A stretch of DNA of 64,000 bases from a bacterium. Lineage in GTDB: Bacteria > Sysuimicrobiota > Sysuimicrobiia > Sysuimicrobiales > Segetimicrobiaceae. The notes under the pieces were generated by a model. The model was given only the letters and a program-made list of their open reading frames with translations. It ran no database searches and was not told the origin of the DNA. The stretch's first letter is position 1. Every line of letters begins with the position of its first letter. The stretch lies in NCBI GenBank assembly GCA_035691305.1, contig DASSJF010000010.1:250-64249 (forward strand), read 5' to 3'. Of the stretch, positions 9,611-18,179 are shown one piece after another. The position numbers were made by a program, and so were the translations under genes.

Positions 9611-9967
9611 ATGACCCAGGCCCGTCTTGACGATGTCACACGCTACGCGGACATGTTCGCGGCGATCGGCACGGAGCCGCGCCTGCGCATTCTGCGCCTG
9701 CTCCTCGCCGCGCATCCAGACGGACTCGTGGCCGGGGAGATCCAGGCCGGGCTGGACATCCCCGCCTCCACGCTGTCGCACCACCTGGAGAAGCTCCGGA
9801 ACGAAGGACTCGTGACCGTGCGGCGCGAGGGCACGTTCCTCCGCTACGCCGCCGGCACGGAGACGCTCCGGGAACTGCTCGGCTTCCTGTATGCCGAGTG
9901 CTGCACGCGCAGCGGTGCCGTTGATCCGAAAGCAATCGTCTGGGTAGGGCGTCGCGGAGCGAGGTGA
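9611..9967 (+). CDS. arsR: ArsR/SmtB family metalloregulator
   Basis: 118 aa. Winged-helix core [47 protein letters not shown]. The only cysteines are the vicinal pair C97-C98 (YAECCTRSG). It lies directly upstream of arsM. Confidence 0.85.
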   Translation: MTQARLDDVTRYADMFAAIGTEPRLRILRLLLAAHPDGLVAGEIQAGLDIPASTLSHHLEKLRNEGLVTVRREGTFLRYAAGTETLRELLGFLYAECCTRSGAVDPKAIVWVGRRGAR

Positions 9968-9974
9968 CGGGAAG

Positions 9975-10811
9975 ATGGCGGACATGACCGAGATCAAGGT
10001 GGTCGTCCGGGAAAAGTACGCGAACGCGGCACGCCGCGCGGCGGAAGGCGGGAGCGCCTGCTGCGGGGGCTCGTGCGGGGCCGGCGCGGCGGATGCCTGC
10101 GGCGGTGTGATCACCTCCAACCTGTACGCCGGGCACGAGGTCGCGGATCTGCCGAAGGAAGCGGTCGCGGCGTCGCTCGGCTGCGGCAACCCCACCGCGC
10201 TGGCGGAGTTGCGTGCCGGAGAGGTCGTGCTGGACCTCGGCTCCGGCGGCGGCATCGACGTGCTGCTCTCGGCGAGGCGCGTCGGCCCGTCGGGCAGGGC
10301 GTACGGCCTCGACATGACCGACGAGATGCTCGCGCTCGCCCGGGAAAATCAGCGCCGGGCCGGTCTCGACAACGTCGAGTTCCTCAAGGGCGAGATCGAG
10401 CAGATCCCGCTCCCCGACAACTCCGTAGACGTGATCATCTCGAACTGCGTGATCAACCTCTCCGGCGACAAGGACCGCGTCTTCGCGGAGGCGTTCCGCG
10501 TGCTGCGGCCGGGCGGGCGGTTCGCGGTCTCGGACGTCGTCGTCCGCGGCGAGGTGCCGGACGCCATCCGGCGAGACATGGAGCTCTGGATCGGCTGCGT
10601 CGCCGGCGCGCTGGAAGAATCCGACTACGCGGCGAAGCTGGCCGCGGCGGGGTTCAAGGACGTGTCCCTCGAGCCGACGCGCGTCTACGCCGCCGGCGAC
10701 GCGCGGGAACTGCTCTCCGGCCGCGGGATCGACGCGGACGCGATCGCCCCGCTGGTCGACAAGAAGTTCATGAGCGCGTTTGTCAGGGCGCGTAAGCCGG
10801 GCGCCGCGTAG
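9975..10811 (+). CDS. arsM: Arsenite S-adenosylmethionine methyltransferase
   Basis: 278 aa. SAM motif [12 protein letters not shown]. Conserved cysteine contexts [18 protein letters not shown] and WIGCVAGA are as in ArsM/AS3MT. It starts 8 nt after the arsR stop. Confidence 0.85.
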   Translation: MADMTEIKVVVREKYANAARRAAEGGSACCGGSCGAGAADACGGVITSNLYAGHEVADLPKEAVAASLGCGNPTALAELRAGEVVLDLGSGGGIDVLLSARRVGPSGRAYGLDMTDEMLALARENQRRAGLDNVEFLKGEIEQIPLPDNSVDVIISNCVINLSGDKDRVFAEAFRVLRPGGRFAVSDVVVRGEVPDAIRRDMELWIGCVAGALEESDYAAKLAAAGFKDVSLEPTRVYAAGDARELLSGRGIDADAIAPLVDKKFMSAFVRARKPGAA

Positions 10812-10815
10812 CGGG

Positions 10816-10998
10816 TTGCCGGACGCGTTTCGGCCGCGGAACCCGGAGTTCGCCGCCGCCGTCCGGTCGAGCTTTGCCAAGCACGGGTTCCTCCGCACCA
10901 TCGGCGCCCTGCACGGCGCCGTGATTACCGCCATCGTAGACGTGGCCTGCGGGTACGCCGCGCTGAGCCTGATGCCGCCGAAATGCTTGCGACGATGA
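10816..10998 (+). pseudogene. PaaI-type hotdog thioesterase remnant (internal deletion plus 3' truncation)
   Basis: A TTG-initiated 60-codon ORF. A PaaI-like N-terminus (PDAFRPRNPEFAAAVRSSFAKHGFLRTIGA) is joined directly to the active-site region (LHGAVITAIVDVACGYAALSLMPP). It then stops about 80 aa early relative to typical family members (about 140-150 aa). Confidence 0.45.
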
Positions 10999-11011
10999 CC
11001 CGCGCGGCGGG

Positions 11012-11935
11012 CTAGGCCTCCGCGCCCGACCGCGCGCCTCCGGTGAGCGAGCGAAACGCGAACACGATCCCGGCGATGATCAGCGCGGACGAGCCGATCT
11101 GCACGAGCGTAATCCGCTCGTGCAGGGCGAGGGCGCCCAGGGCCATCCCGAAGACGGGCAGTAGATTATTGAACAGCATCGCGTAATCGGCCCCGAGGTC
11201 CCGCACCGCGGCGCTCCAGCACGCGTAGGCGATCGCCGACGGCCCGATCGCCAGGTACACCAGCACCGGGAGATGCGCGGCGACCGCGGCCCACAGATGC
11301 GGAGGGTGTTCGAGCGCGACGACCCCGAGCAGGAACGGAGACCCGGCCAGCATCGCCCCGGACGTTACGACCAGCGGGGACAGCGTGAGGCTCATGCGCT
11401 GCACCCCGAGGTTGTAGAAGCCCCAGGTGACCATCGTGGCGATCACGAGTAGAGCGCCCGGATCGGCCTGGAGGCGCGCCCCGCCGGTGGCGCCGAACGC
11501 CGTTACGAGGAACGCGCCGGCCACCGAGATCGCCAGTCCGCGAAACAGCCCCGGGGAGAACGGCGCCGCGCCGACAAGGACCGCGATCGTCGCGGTGACG
11601 ACCGGGCTCGCGGCGTTCAAGATGATGACGTTGGTCGCGAAGCTCCAGTGCAGCGCGAGATACGTCATGTACTGGCTCGTGACGATGCCGAGCAGGCCGA
11701 GGCCCACCATCGGTCCGATGTGGCGGCGGCCTTCCGCCGGCCATCCGTGCGTCGCGAGGATCCAGACGCCCATCGGCACGCCGGCGACGAGCGCCCTGAA
11801 CGCGGCGATCGTCCCCGGGCTGAGCGCGTCGCGCAGCTCCCGGCCGATGATAAAGTTCGTGCTCCAGATGACGATGGCGGCGATCGCGTAGAACTGGCCG
11901 CGGCGGATGTTCGGTGGAGGGACGGTCACGGTCAC
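11012..11935 (-). CDS. DMT superfamily (EamA-like) transporter
   Basis: 307 aa. About ten hydrophobic helices in two EamA-like halves (FYAIAAIVIWSTNFIIGR...). GTG start. Confidence 0.8.
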   Translation of the reverse strand: MTVTVPPPNIRRGQFYAIAAIVIWSTNFIIGRELRDALSPGTIAAFRALVAGVPMGVWILATHGWPAEGRRHIGPMVGLGLLGIVTSQYMTYLALHWSFATNVIILNAASPVVTATIAVLVGAAPFSPGLFRGLAISVAGAFLVTAFGATGGARLQADPGALLVIATMVTWGFYNLGVQRMSLTLSPLVVTSGAMLAGSPFLLGVVALEHPPHLWAAVAAHLPVLVYLAIGPSAIAYACWSAAVRDLGADYAMLFNNLLPVFGMALGALALHERITLVQIGSSALIIAGIVFAFRSLTGGARSGAEA

Positions 11936-11955
11936 TCCCAGTGTATAATGCAGCC

Positions 11956-12723
11956 GTGATCCGCACCATCTCCCCCGGTCCTCGGGCCGGGGTGATCGTC
12001 GCCAGTCACCTCACCAAGCGCTTCGGCGGCTCTGTCGTCGTCGACGACGTGTCGTTTGCCGTGCCGGCCGGTGCGATCGTCGCATTCCTCGGCCCGAACG
12101 GCGCCGGCAAGACGACGACGATCGGCATGCTGCTCGGCCTGCTGCGGCCGACGCGCGGTGAAGTCGAGGTCCTGGGCCTGCCGATGCCGGCGGCGCGCCA
12201 GGCGATTCTCGCGCGCGTCAACTTCACGTCGCCCTACGTCTCGCTGCCGGGCAACCTCACCGTGGGCGAGAACCTGGCCGTGTTTTCACGGCTCTACGGG
12301 GTGCGCAAGCCGCGCGCCGAGTTGGAGGAATTGCTCGAGCGGATGGGCCTCCCCGGGGTGTGGAAGCGGCGCACCGGCCAGCTCTCGTCGGGCGAGGGCA
12401 CCCGGTTCGGACTCGTCAAGGCGCTGCTCAACGATCCGGAGGTGCTGTTCCTCGACGAACCCACGGCCAGCCTCGATCCGGACGGGGCGGACCGGGTGCG
12501 CGAGGTGCTGCGGGCGGTCCGGGCCGAGCGCGGGATGACGATCTTCTACACGTCGCACAACATGCAGGAGGTCGAACGGCTGAGCGACCGCATCCTGTTC
12601 CTGCACCATGGGCGGATCATCGCGGACGGCGCGCCGGGCGAGGTGCTGCGGCAGTTCGATCAGGAGACGCTCGAGCAGATGTTTCTCGAGCTCGCGCGGC
12701 AGGAGGCCGCGCGGCCGGCATGA
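11956..12723 (+). CDS. ABC transporter ATP-binding protein (DrrA/ABC-2 exporter type)
   Basis: Walker A GPNGAGKTT, signature LSSGEGTRF, Walker B VLFLDEP. I chose the GTG at 11956 rather than 11914, which would overlap the divergent DMT gene. TATAAT (11944-11949) lies 6 nt upstream of this GTG. Confidence 0.85.
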   Translation: MIRTISPGPRAGVIVASHLTKRFGGSVVVDDVSFAVPAGAIVAFLGPNGAGKTTTIGMLLGLLRPTRGEVEVLGLPMPAARQAILARVNFTSPYVSLPGNLTVGENLAVFSRLYGVRKPRAELEELLERMGLPGVWKRRTGQLSSGEGTRFGLVKALLNDPEVLFLDEPTASLDPDGADRVREVLRAVRAERGMTIFYTSHNMQEVERLSDRILFLHHGRIIADGAPGEVLRQFDQETLEQMFLELARQEAARPA

Positions 12724-13556
12724 GCACCTTGGCCGCGGTCCGCGCGGGGCCGCGCGTGTCCGGGTTCAGCCTGAGCCGCCTGTCCGGCCTGCTGCTGCGG
12801 CAGCTGTACCTCTACCGGCGCAGCGCGATCCGCTCGCTCGAGATCGTGTACTGGCCGCTGCTCGACCTGCTGCTGTGGGGCTTCCTCAGCGTCTACGTCG
12901 CCCGCCTGCGCGGGGGCGGCGCCATCGCGATCGCCTACCTGCTCGGCGCGCTGATCCTCTGGGACATTTTCTTCCGGGTGCAGCAGGCGATTTCGGTCTC
13001 CTTCCTCGAGGACATCTGGACGCGCAACCTGGTGAACGTCTTCGTCAGCCCCGTGAGCACGGCCGAATTTCTCGGCGCGACGATGATTCTCGGGGTGATG
13101 AAGGTCGCCGTGATCGCGCTCCTGATGTCGGCGATCGCGTGGTCCCTCTACACGTTCAACATCTTTCCGTACGCCCTGGGGCTGCTGCCGTTCGCCGCCA
13201 ACCTGATTCTGACCGCCTGGGGAATGGGAATTATCACGACGGCGCTTATCCTCCGGTACGGCCAGGGCGCCGAGGTGCTCGCGTGGGCCGTGGCGTTTCT
13301 GTTTCAGCCGTTCTCCGCCGTCTTCTACCCGGTCGCGATTCTGCCGGCGGCGCTGCAGCACATCGCCTGGGTGCTGCCGACCACGTACGCGTTCGAAGGC
13401 ATGCGGGCGGTGCTGAGCGGGCACCCGCTGCCGTGGGGCGACGCGGCCTGGGCGCTGGGTCTGAACGCGGTGCTGTTCGCGATCGCCGCGGCGGCCTTCG
13501 CCCGCGTGATGTGGGTCGCGCGGGAACTCGGTCTCTTGATGCGCACCGAGGGGTGA
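12720..13556 (+). CDS. ABC-2 type transporter permease
   Basis: The internal ATG at 12720 overlaps the ATPase stop (ATGA). 278 aa with six predicted helices, in the usual ABC-2 family position and size. Confidence 0.8.
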   Translation: MSTLAAVRAGPRVSGFSLSRLSGLLLRQLYLYRRSAIRSLEIVYWPLLDLLLWGFLSVYVARLRGGGAIAIAYLLGALILWDIFFRVQQAISVSFLEDIWTRNLVNVFVSPVSTAEFLGATMILGVMKVAVIALLMSAIAWSLYTFNIFPYALGLLPFAANLILTAWGMGIITTALILRYGQGAEVLAWAVAFLFQPFSAVFYPVAILPAALQHIAWVLPTTYAFEGMRAVLSGHPLPWGDAAWALGLNAVLFAIAAAAFARVMWVARELGLLMRTEG

Positions 13557-14293
13557 CGGCGGTGTCCGGCCTGCCTCCGGCGCCCGCCCGTCTGCGGGCC
13601 GGTACGTCGGGCTTCGGGTTCAAAGAGTGGAAGGGCGGATTCTATCCCGCGGATCTGCCGGCCGAGCGCTTCTTGTCGTTCTACGCGACGCGGCTGCCGA
13701 CCGTCGAGATCAACGCCTCGTTCTACCGGATGCCGGCCGCGGAGACGTTCGAAGCGTGGAAAAGCCAGACGCCGGAGTCGTTCCGCTTTACGATCAAGGC
13801 CCACCGCAGCATCACCCACATGAAGCGCCTCCGCGACGTCGACGACAACGTCCGCTGGCTCTACGAGCGCGTGAGCCTTCTCGGGCCGCGCCTCGGCCCG
13901 GTCTTGTTCCAGTTTCCGCCGACCTTCAAGCGCGATCTGCCGCTCTTGCAGCAGTTCCTCGCCGGCCTGCCGCCGCTTCCGTACGTCGCGCTCGAGTTCC
14001 GGCACGTGTCGTGGCGCGACGACGCGGTGTACGAGACGCTGCGGACGTACCGGGCGGCGCTGTGCATCGCCGAGGACGACGACTCGACCGACCCCGTCGT
14101 GCACACCGCGTCCTGGGGCTACTACCGGCTCCACCGGTTGCGGTATGCCGACGAGCAGCTGGCCGCGTGGGCGGATCATCTCGCCGGCGCGCCCGATCTC
14201 CGGCCCGTCTTTTGCTACTTCACACACGACACCGGCCCCGAGGCGGTCACGTACGCTGAGCGCCTGATGACCCTCGTGGCCGCCCGCGGATGA
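13553..14293 (+). CDS. DUF72 (YecE/UPF0759) family protein
   Basis: The GTG at 13553 overlaps the permease stop (GTGA). GTSGFGFKEWKGGFYP...FLSFYATRLPTVEINASFYR...FRFTIKAH...VLFQFPP is the DUF72 pattern. Confidence 0.8.
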   Translation: MTAVSGLPPAPARLRAGTSGFGFKEWKGGFYPADLPAERFLSFYATRLPTVEINASFYRMPAAETFEAWKSQTPESFRFTIKAHRSITHMKRLRDVDDNVRWLYERVSLLGPRLGPVLFQFPPTFKRDLPLLQQFLAGLPPLPYVALEFRHVSWRDDAVYETLRTYRAALCIAEDDDSTDPVVHTASWGYYRLHRLRYADEQLAAWADHLAGAPDLRPVFCYFTHDTGPEAVTYAERLMTLVAARG

Positions 14294-17079
14294 CCCTCGA
14301 GACGTATCGCCGGAAACGGCGCTTCGACCGGACACCGGAGCCGAGCGGCGAGGAACGCACCGCGCGGCGGACCGGGGCCGCCCGCGGCGAGCGCCGGCCG
14401 CGCTTCGTCGTTCAGGAGCACCACGCGACTCGGCTGCACTGGGACCTGCGGCTCGAAATGGCCGGTGTGCTGCGCTCGTGGGCGGTGCCGAAGGGGCCGT
14501 CCCTCGACCCGGCGGACAAGCGGCTCGCGGTCCTCGTCGAGGATCATCCAATCGAGTACGGCGATTTCGAGGGCGTCATTCCGCCCGGCAACTACGGCGC
14601 GGGGACCGTCCTGCTGTGGGATCGAGGCGCCTACTCGTGCCGCGAAGGCGATGCCGTCGCCGCGTTCGAGGCCGGCAAGATGACGCTCGACATGGACGGC
14701 GAGCGGCTGCGCGGCGAATTCCATTTCGTCCGCACGAAGCGCAACGACGGCAAGGACTGGCTGCTTTTCAAGGGCCGGGACCGATACGCGGAGCCCGGGT
14801 TCGTCCCCGCGGGCCGGCCCTCCGTCGCAAGCGGCCGGACGATCGAGGAGATCGCCGGCGACCGCGGGGCGCGCTGGACCTCCGGGCCTCCGGAATCGCG
14901 GGCGCGCGGCCGCGCCCCGAAGAGGCGCGCCGCGGGGAAGGGGCGCGCCAAACTCGGCACCGATCCCCTGCCGAAGCCGTTCACGCCGATGCTGGCGGAG
15001 GCGGCGAAGAGGCCGTTCGACCGGCGGGGCTGGCTGTTCGAGGTCAAGTGGGACGGCGTGCGGGCGCTCGCGTTTCTCCGCCGCGAGGGGGCCGCCCAGG
15101 AAATCGTGCTCTACGGCCGCAACCTCCGCCGGCTCAACGCGCAGTTTCCCGAGATCGTGGACGCGCTCGCGGACCTCGACGTGCACAGCGCGATCCTCGA
15201 CGGCGAGATCTTCGCGCCCGACGACGCGGGCCGGCCGAGCTTTCACCGGCTGCAGCAGCGGCTGCACCTCGACGCCGCCTCGGGAGAGCGCCCGGAGGCG
15301 GGCGACGTCCACGTGGCGTACGCGGTGTTCGACTGCCTCTACCTCGACGGACGCGACCTCCGCGACCGCCCGTTTTCGGAGCGCCGCGCCGCGCTGGACG
15401 GGCTCACGCTGCCCGCCGGTCTCATCAAGGCCGACGCGATCGAGGAGCGAGGGGAGGCGCTGTTCGAGGCCGCGGCGCAGCACGGCTTCGAAGGTGTCGT
15501 GGCCAAGAAGGCCGCGAGCCCGTACCGGCCCGGCCTGCGCAGCGCGGACTGGATCAAGGTGAAGATCCGCCGCACCCTGGAGGCCGTCGTCGGCGGGCTG
15601 ACCCCGGGACGCGGCGGCCGAGCGACGTCGTTCGGTGCGCTCGTGCTGGGACAGTTTGACGAGTCGGGACAGCTCGTGCACATCGGGCAGGCCGGCGGCG
15701 GCTTCAGCGAAGCCGATCTCGACCGGTTTCGCCGGCGGCTCGCGCCCCTCGAGACGAAGGTGTCTCCGTTCGCGGCGCGCCCGCAGATCCCGGGCCGGGT
15801 CACGTGGGTGCGCCCCGAGGTCGTCGTCGAGGTCGAGTACGGCGAGTGGACGCCCGACCGGATGCTGCGGTTCCCCGTCTTTCTGCGCGTCCGGGACGAC
15901 ATCGCGGCGAAGGACGTGCGCCTCGCACGCCCGGGCGCGCGGGACGAGGCGAACGGCGGTTCCCCGCCGCGCGACATCGTGACGGCGCCGCGCAGCGCCG
16001 CGCGCCGGGCCGCGGCCGAAACCCCGCGCGGGGATCGGCCCGGTGCGGCGGCCGCCGGTCTGCCGCCGCAGATCGCGTTCACGAATCTCGACAAGGTGTT
16101 CTTCCCCGAGAAGGGCTACACGAAGGGCGACGTCATCGAGTACTACCGGCGCATCGCCCCGTACATCATCCCACACCTCCGAGACCGGCCGCTCACGCTG
16201 CGCCGGTGGCCCAACGGCATTCACGGCGATGATTTCTTCCAGAAGGACACGCCGGACGTACCGCCGTTCGTGCGGACGGAGCGCATCTGGTCCGATCAGG
16301 GCGATCGTGACATCCGGATGATCGTGGGCGCGGACGAACTGCTCCTGCGTTGGCTCGCGCAGATGGGCTGCATCGAGATGCACGCGTGGTTCTCGCGCGT
16401 CGCGCCGATGCGCCGCGAAGAGGGTTCGCGCGGCGCCGCGCGCGCCGCGGCGAAGTTTGCCGGGGCCGAGGCGGCGATTGAATCGAGCGTGCTCAACTAT
16501 CCCGACGTCGTGGTGTTCGACGTCGACCCGTTCATTTTTCCGAAGGGCCAGAAACCCGTGGTCCGCCACGGCGAAAAGGATCCGGATTACAGCCAGACGG
16601 GCTTCGCCGGGGCGCGGCAGGCCGGGCTGTGGGTGCGCGACGCGCTGGACGGCCTCGGGCTGCGGTCGTTCGTCAAGACCTCCGGTAAGACGGGGCTGCA
16701 CGTTTTCGTGCCTATCCGGCGCCGCTACAAGTACGCGCAAACCCATGCCTTCGCGAAGACCCTGGCCGAATGGCTGACGGCGCGGCATCCGGATCAACTG
16801 ACCACCGCGTGGGCCGTGGAGCAGCGGGTCGGCAAAGTCTTCCTTGATTACAATCAGAACGTGCGCGGCAAGACGATCGCAAGCGTCTACAGCCTGCGGC
16901 CGATCCCCGAAGCGGCGGTCAGCGTGCCGGTGACGTGGGAGGAGCTCGAGGCGGGGTTCGACCCGCTGCGGTGGACGATCGAGACGGTGTTCGACCGCCT
17001 GGCCCGGGTCGGCGATTTGTGGGTGCACCTGCTCGACGACGCGCAGGATCTCAGCCTCGGCGGCGGTGCGCGCGGCTAA
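14290..17079 (+). CDS. ligD: Multidomain ATP-dependent DNA ligase D (phosphoesterase - ligase - polymerase/primase)
   Basis: 929 aa. The N-terminal PE domain has RFVVQEHHATRLHWDLRLE. The ligase adenylation motif is EVKWDGVR, with the lysine codon at 15046-15048. The C-terminal Pol domain has FFPEKGYTKGDVIEYY, VVFDVDP and KTSGKTGLHVFVPI. The ATG overlaps the DUF72 stop (ATGA). Confidence 0.9.
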   Translation: MTLETYRRKRRFDRTPEPSGEERTARRTGAARGERRPRFVVQEHHATRLHWDLRLEMAGVLRSWAVPKGPSLDPADKRLAVLVEDHPIEYGDFEGVIPPGNYGAGTVLLWDRGAYSCREGDAVAAFEAGKMTLDMDGERLRGEFHFVRTKRNDGKDWLLFKGRDRYAEPGFVPAGRPSVASGRTIEEIAGDRGARWTSGPPESRARGRAPKRRAAGKGRAKLGTDPLPKPFTPMLAEAAKRPFDRRGWLFEVKWDGVRALAFLRREGAAQEIVLYGRNLRRLNAQFPEIVDALADLDVHSAILDGEIFAPDDAGRPSFHRLQQRLHLDAASGERPEAGDVHVAYAVFDCLYLDGRDLRDRPFSERRAALDGLTLPAGLIKADAIEERGEALFEAAAQHGFEGVVAKKAASPYRPGLRSADWIKVKIRRTLEAVVGGLTPGRGGRATSFGALVLGQFDESGQLVHIGQAGGGFSEADLDRFRRRLAPLETKVSPFAARPQIPGRVTWVRPEVVVEVEYGEWTPDRMLRFPVFLRVRDDIAAKDVRLARPGARDEANGGSPPRDIVTAPRSAARRAAAETPRGDRPGAAAAGLPPQIAFTNLDKVFFPEKGYTKGDVIEYYRRIAPYIIPHLRDRPLTLRRWPNGIHGDDFFQKDTPDVPPFVRTERIWSDQGDRDIRMIVGADELLLRWLAQMGCIEMHAWFSRVAPMRREEGSRGAARAAAKFAGAEAAIESSVLNYPDVVVFDVDPFIFPKGQKPVVRHGEKDPDYSQTGFAGARQAGLWVRDALDGLGLRSFVKTSGKTGLHVFVPIRRRYKYAQTHAFAKTLAEWLTARHPDQLTTAWAVEQRVGKVFLDYNQNVRGKTIASVYSLRPIPEAAVSVPVTWEELEAGFDPLRWTIETVFDRLARVGDLWVHLLDDAQDLSLGGGARG

Positions 17080-17162
17080 CGCGACGCGGGAACGAGCGCG
17101 TGCGCGCGGCCGGCAAAAGCGCTATAGTGGAAGAATCCCGGAACTAGCTGGAGGCGTAGTCG

Positions 17163-18116
17163 ATGGCAGATCGGGCGGAGTTCGTGTGGTTCGACGGCAA
17201 GGTCGTGCCTTGGGCGGACGCGAAGGTCCATGTCTCGACGGCGACGGTGCTCCGCGGCGCCAACATCTTCGAAGGGGTCCGCGCGTACTGGAACAGCGAC
17301 GAGCGTGAACTCTACATCTTCCGGAACGCCGACCACATGGCGCGGCTGTGGAACTCCGCGAAGATCATGCGCATGCCGATTCCGTGGTCGGCGGACGAGC
17401 TGACCCGGGCCGAGATCGACACGATCCGCGCGAACAAATTCCAGGGGACGGTGTGGTTCCGCCTGACCCTGTACGTCGGCGAGGAGGAGCACAGCAGCTC
17501 CGCCGACGCGGGCAAGGAACCGACCGGCGGCTTCATCGTCCCTCGGCTGGCGCCGCACTCCAAGGCCGTCACGGACGGTTGCGATTCATGCATCAGCACC
17601 TGGACGCGCATCTCGGACAACGCGGTGCCGCCGCGCGTAAAGTCCGGAGCGAATTACCACAACTCGCGCTTTGCGTGGACCGAGGCGCGACTGAACGGCT
17701 TCAACGGCTCGCCGATCATGCTGAACGAGCGCGCCAAGGTCTCGGAGGGACCGGGTTCGTGCTTCATGATGATCCGCGGCGGCCGGCTCGTCACGCCGCC
17801 CATCACCGCGAACATCCTGGAGTCGATCACGCGCACGACGGTGATGGAGCTCGCGCGCGACGTGCTGCGGATCCCGGTGGAGGAGCGCGAAATCGACCGG
17901 ACCGAGCTGTACATCGCGGACGAGGCGTTCTTCTGCGGCAGCGGCGCCGAGGTCACGCCGGTGAACACGATCGACCACTACGCGATCGGGTCGGGCCGGC
18001 CGGGGCCGCTGACCCGCAAGCTTCAGGAAGTCTACTTCTCGGTCGCGGAGGGCCGCGTGCCGGAGTACCGGCACTGGCTCACGCCGGTGTATAAAGCGGT
18101 GGCCGCCCGGGCTTAG
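17163..18116 (+). CDS. ilvE: Branched-chain amino acid aminotransferase (class IV)
   Basis: 317 aa. WFDGKVVPWADAKVHVSTATVLRGANIFEGVRAY is the fold-type IV aminotransferase pattern. SD GGAGG is upstream. Confidence 0.75.
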   Translation: MADRAEFVWFDGKVVPWADAKVHVSTATVLRGANIFEGVRAYWNSDERELYIFRNADHMARLWNSAKIMRMPIPWSADELTRAEIDTIRANKFQGTVWFRLTLYVGEEEHSSSADAGKEPTGGFIVPRLAPHSKAVTDGCDSCISTWTRISDNAVPPRVKSGANYHNSRFAWTEARLNGFNGSPIMLNERAKVSEGPGSCFMMIRGGRLVTPPITANILESITRTTVMELARDVLRIPVEEREIDRTELYIADEAFFCGSGAEVTPVNTIDHYAIGSGRPGPLTRKLQEVYFSVAEGRVPEYRHWLTPVYKAVAARA

Positions 18117-18179
18117 CCCGCGGCGCGATCGCGAGGATCGAGCGCGAGGGACCGGCGCTCACCTTCACGGCGTTGGGGA

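Noticed and set aside
11914-11955. Upstream ATG (11914) as start of the ABC ATPase
   Set aside because: It would overlap the divergent DMT gene start by 22 nt and add a non-conserved-looking MEGRSRSLPVYNAA. The GTG at 11956 follows a TATAAT box. The choice remains unproven.
14215-17028. 937-aa ORF on the minus strand, the longest ORF in the track
   Set aside because: It is entirely antisense to ligD, whose product has clear PE, ligase and polymerase motifs. The antisense translation is Arg/Pro/Gly/Ala-rich low-complexity sequence with no recognisable motif. This is the typical stop-codon-poor shadow frame of high-GC DNA.
14290-17079. Search for a ku gene flanking ligD
   Set aside because: No ORF on either strand within the window shows Ku-like sequence. 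The neighbours are DUF72 and ilvE.
18125-18134. 10-bp palindrome CGCGATCGCG between the convergent ilvE-like and yihY genes as a terminator
   Set aside because: It is a loop-less palindrome with no T tract. It is more likely a chance GC-rich palindrome or a restriction-type site than a terminator.
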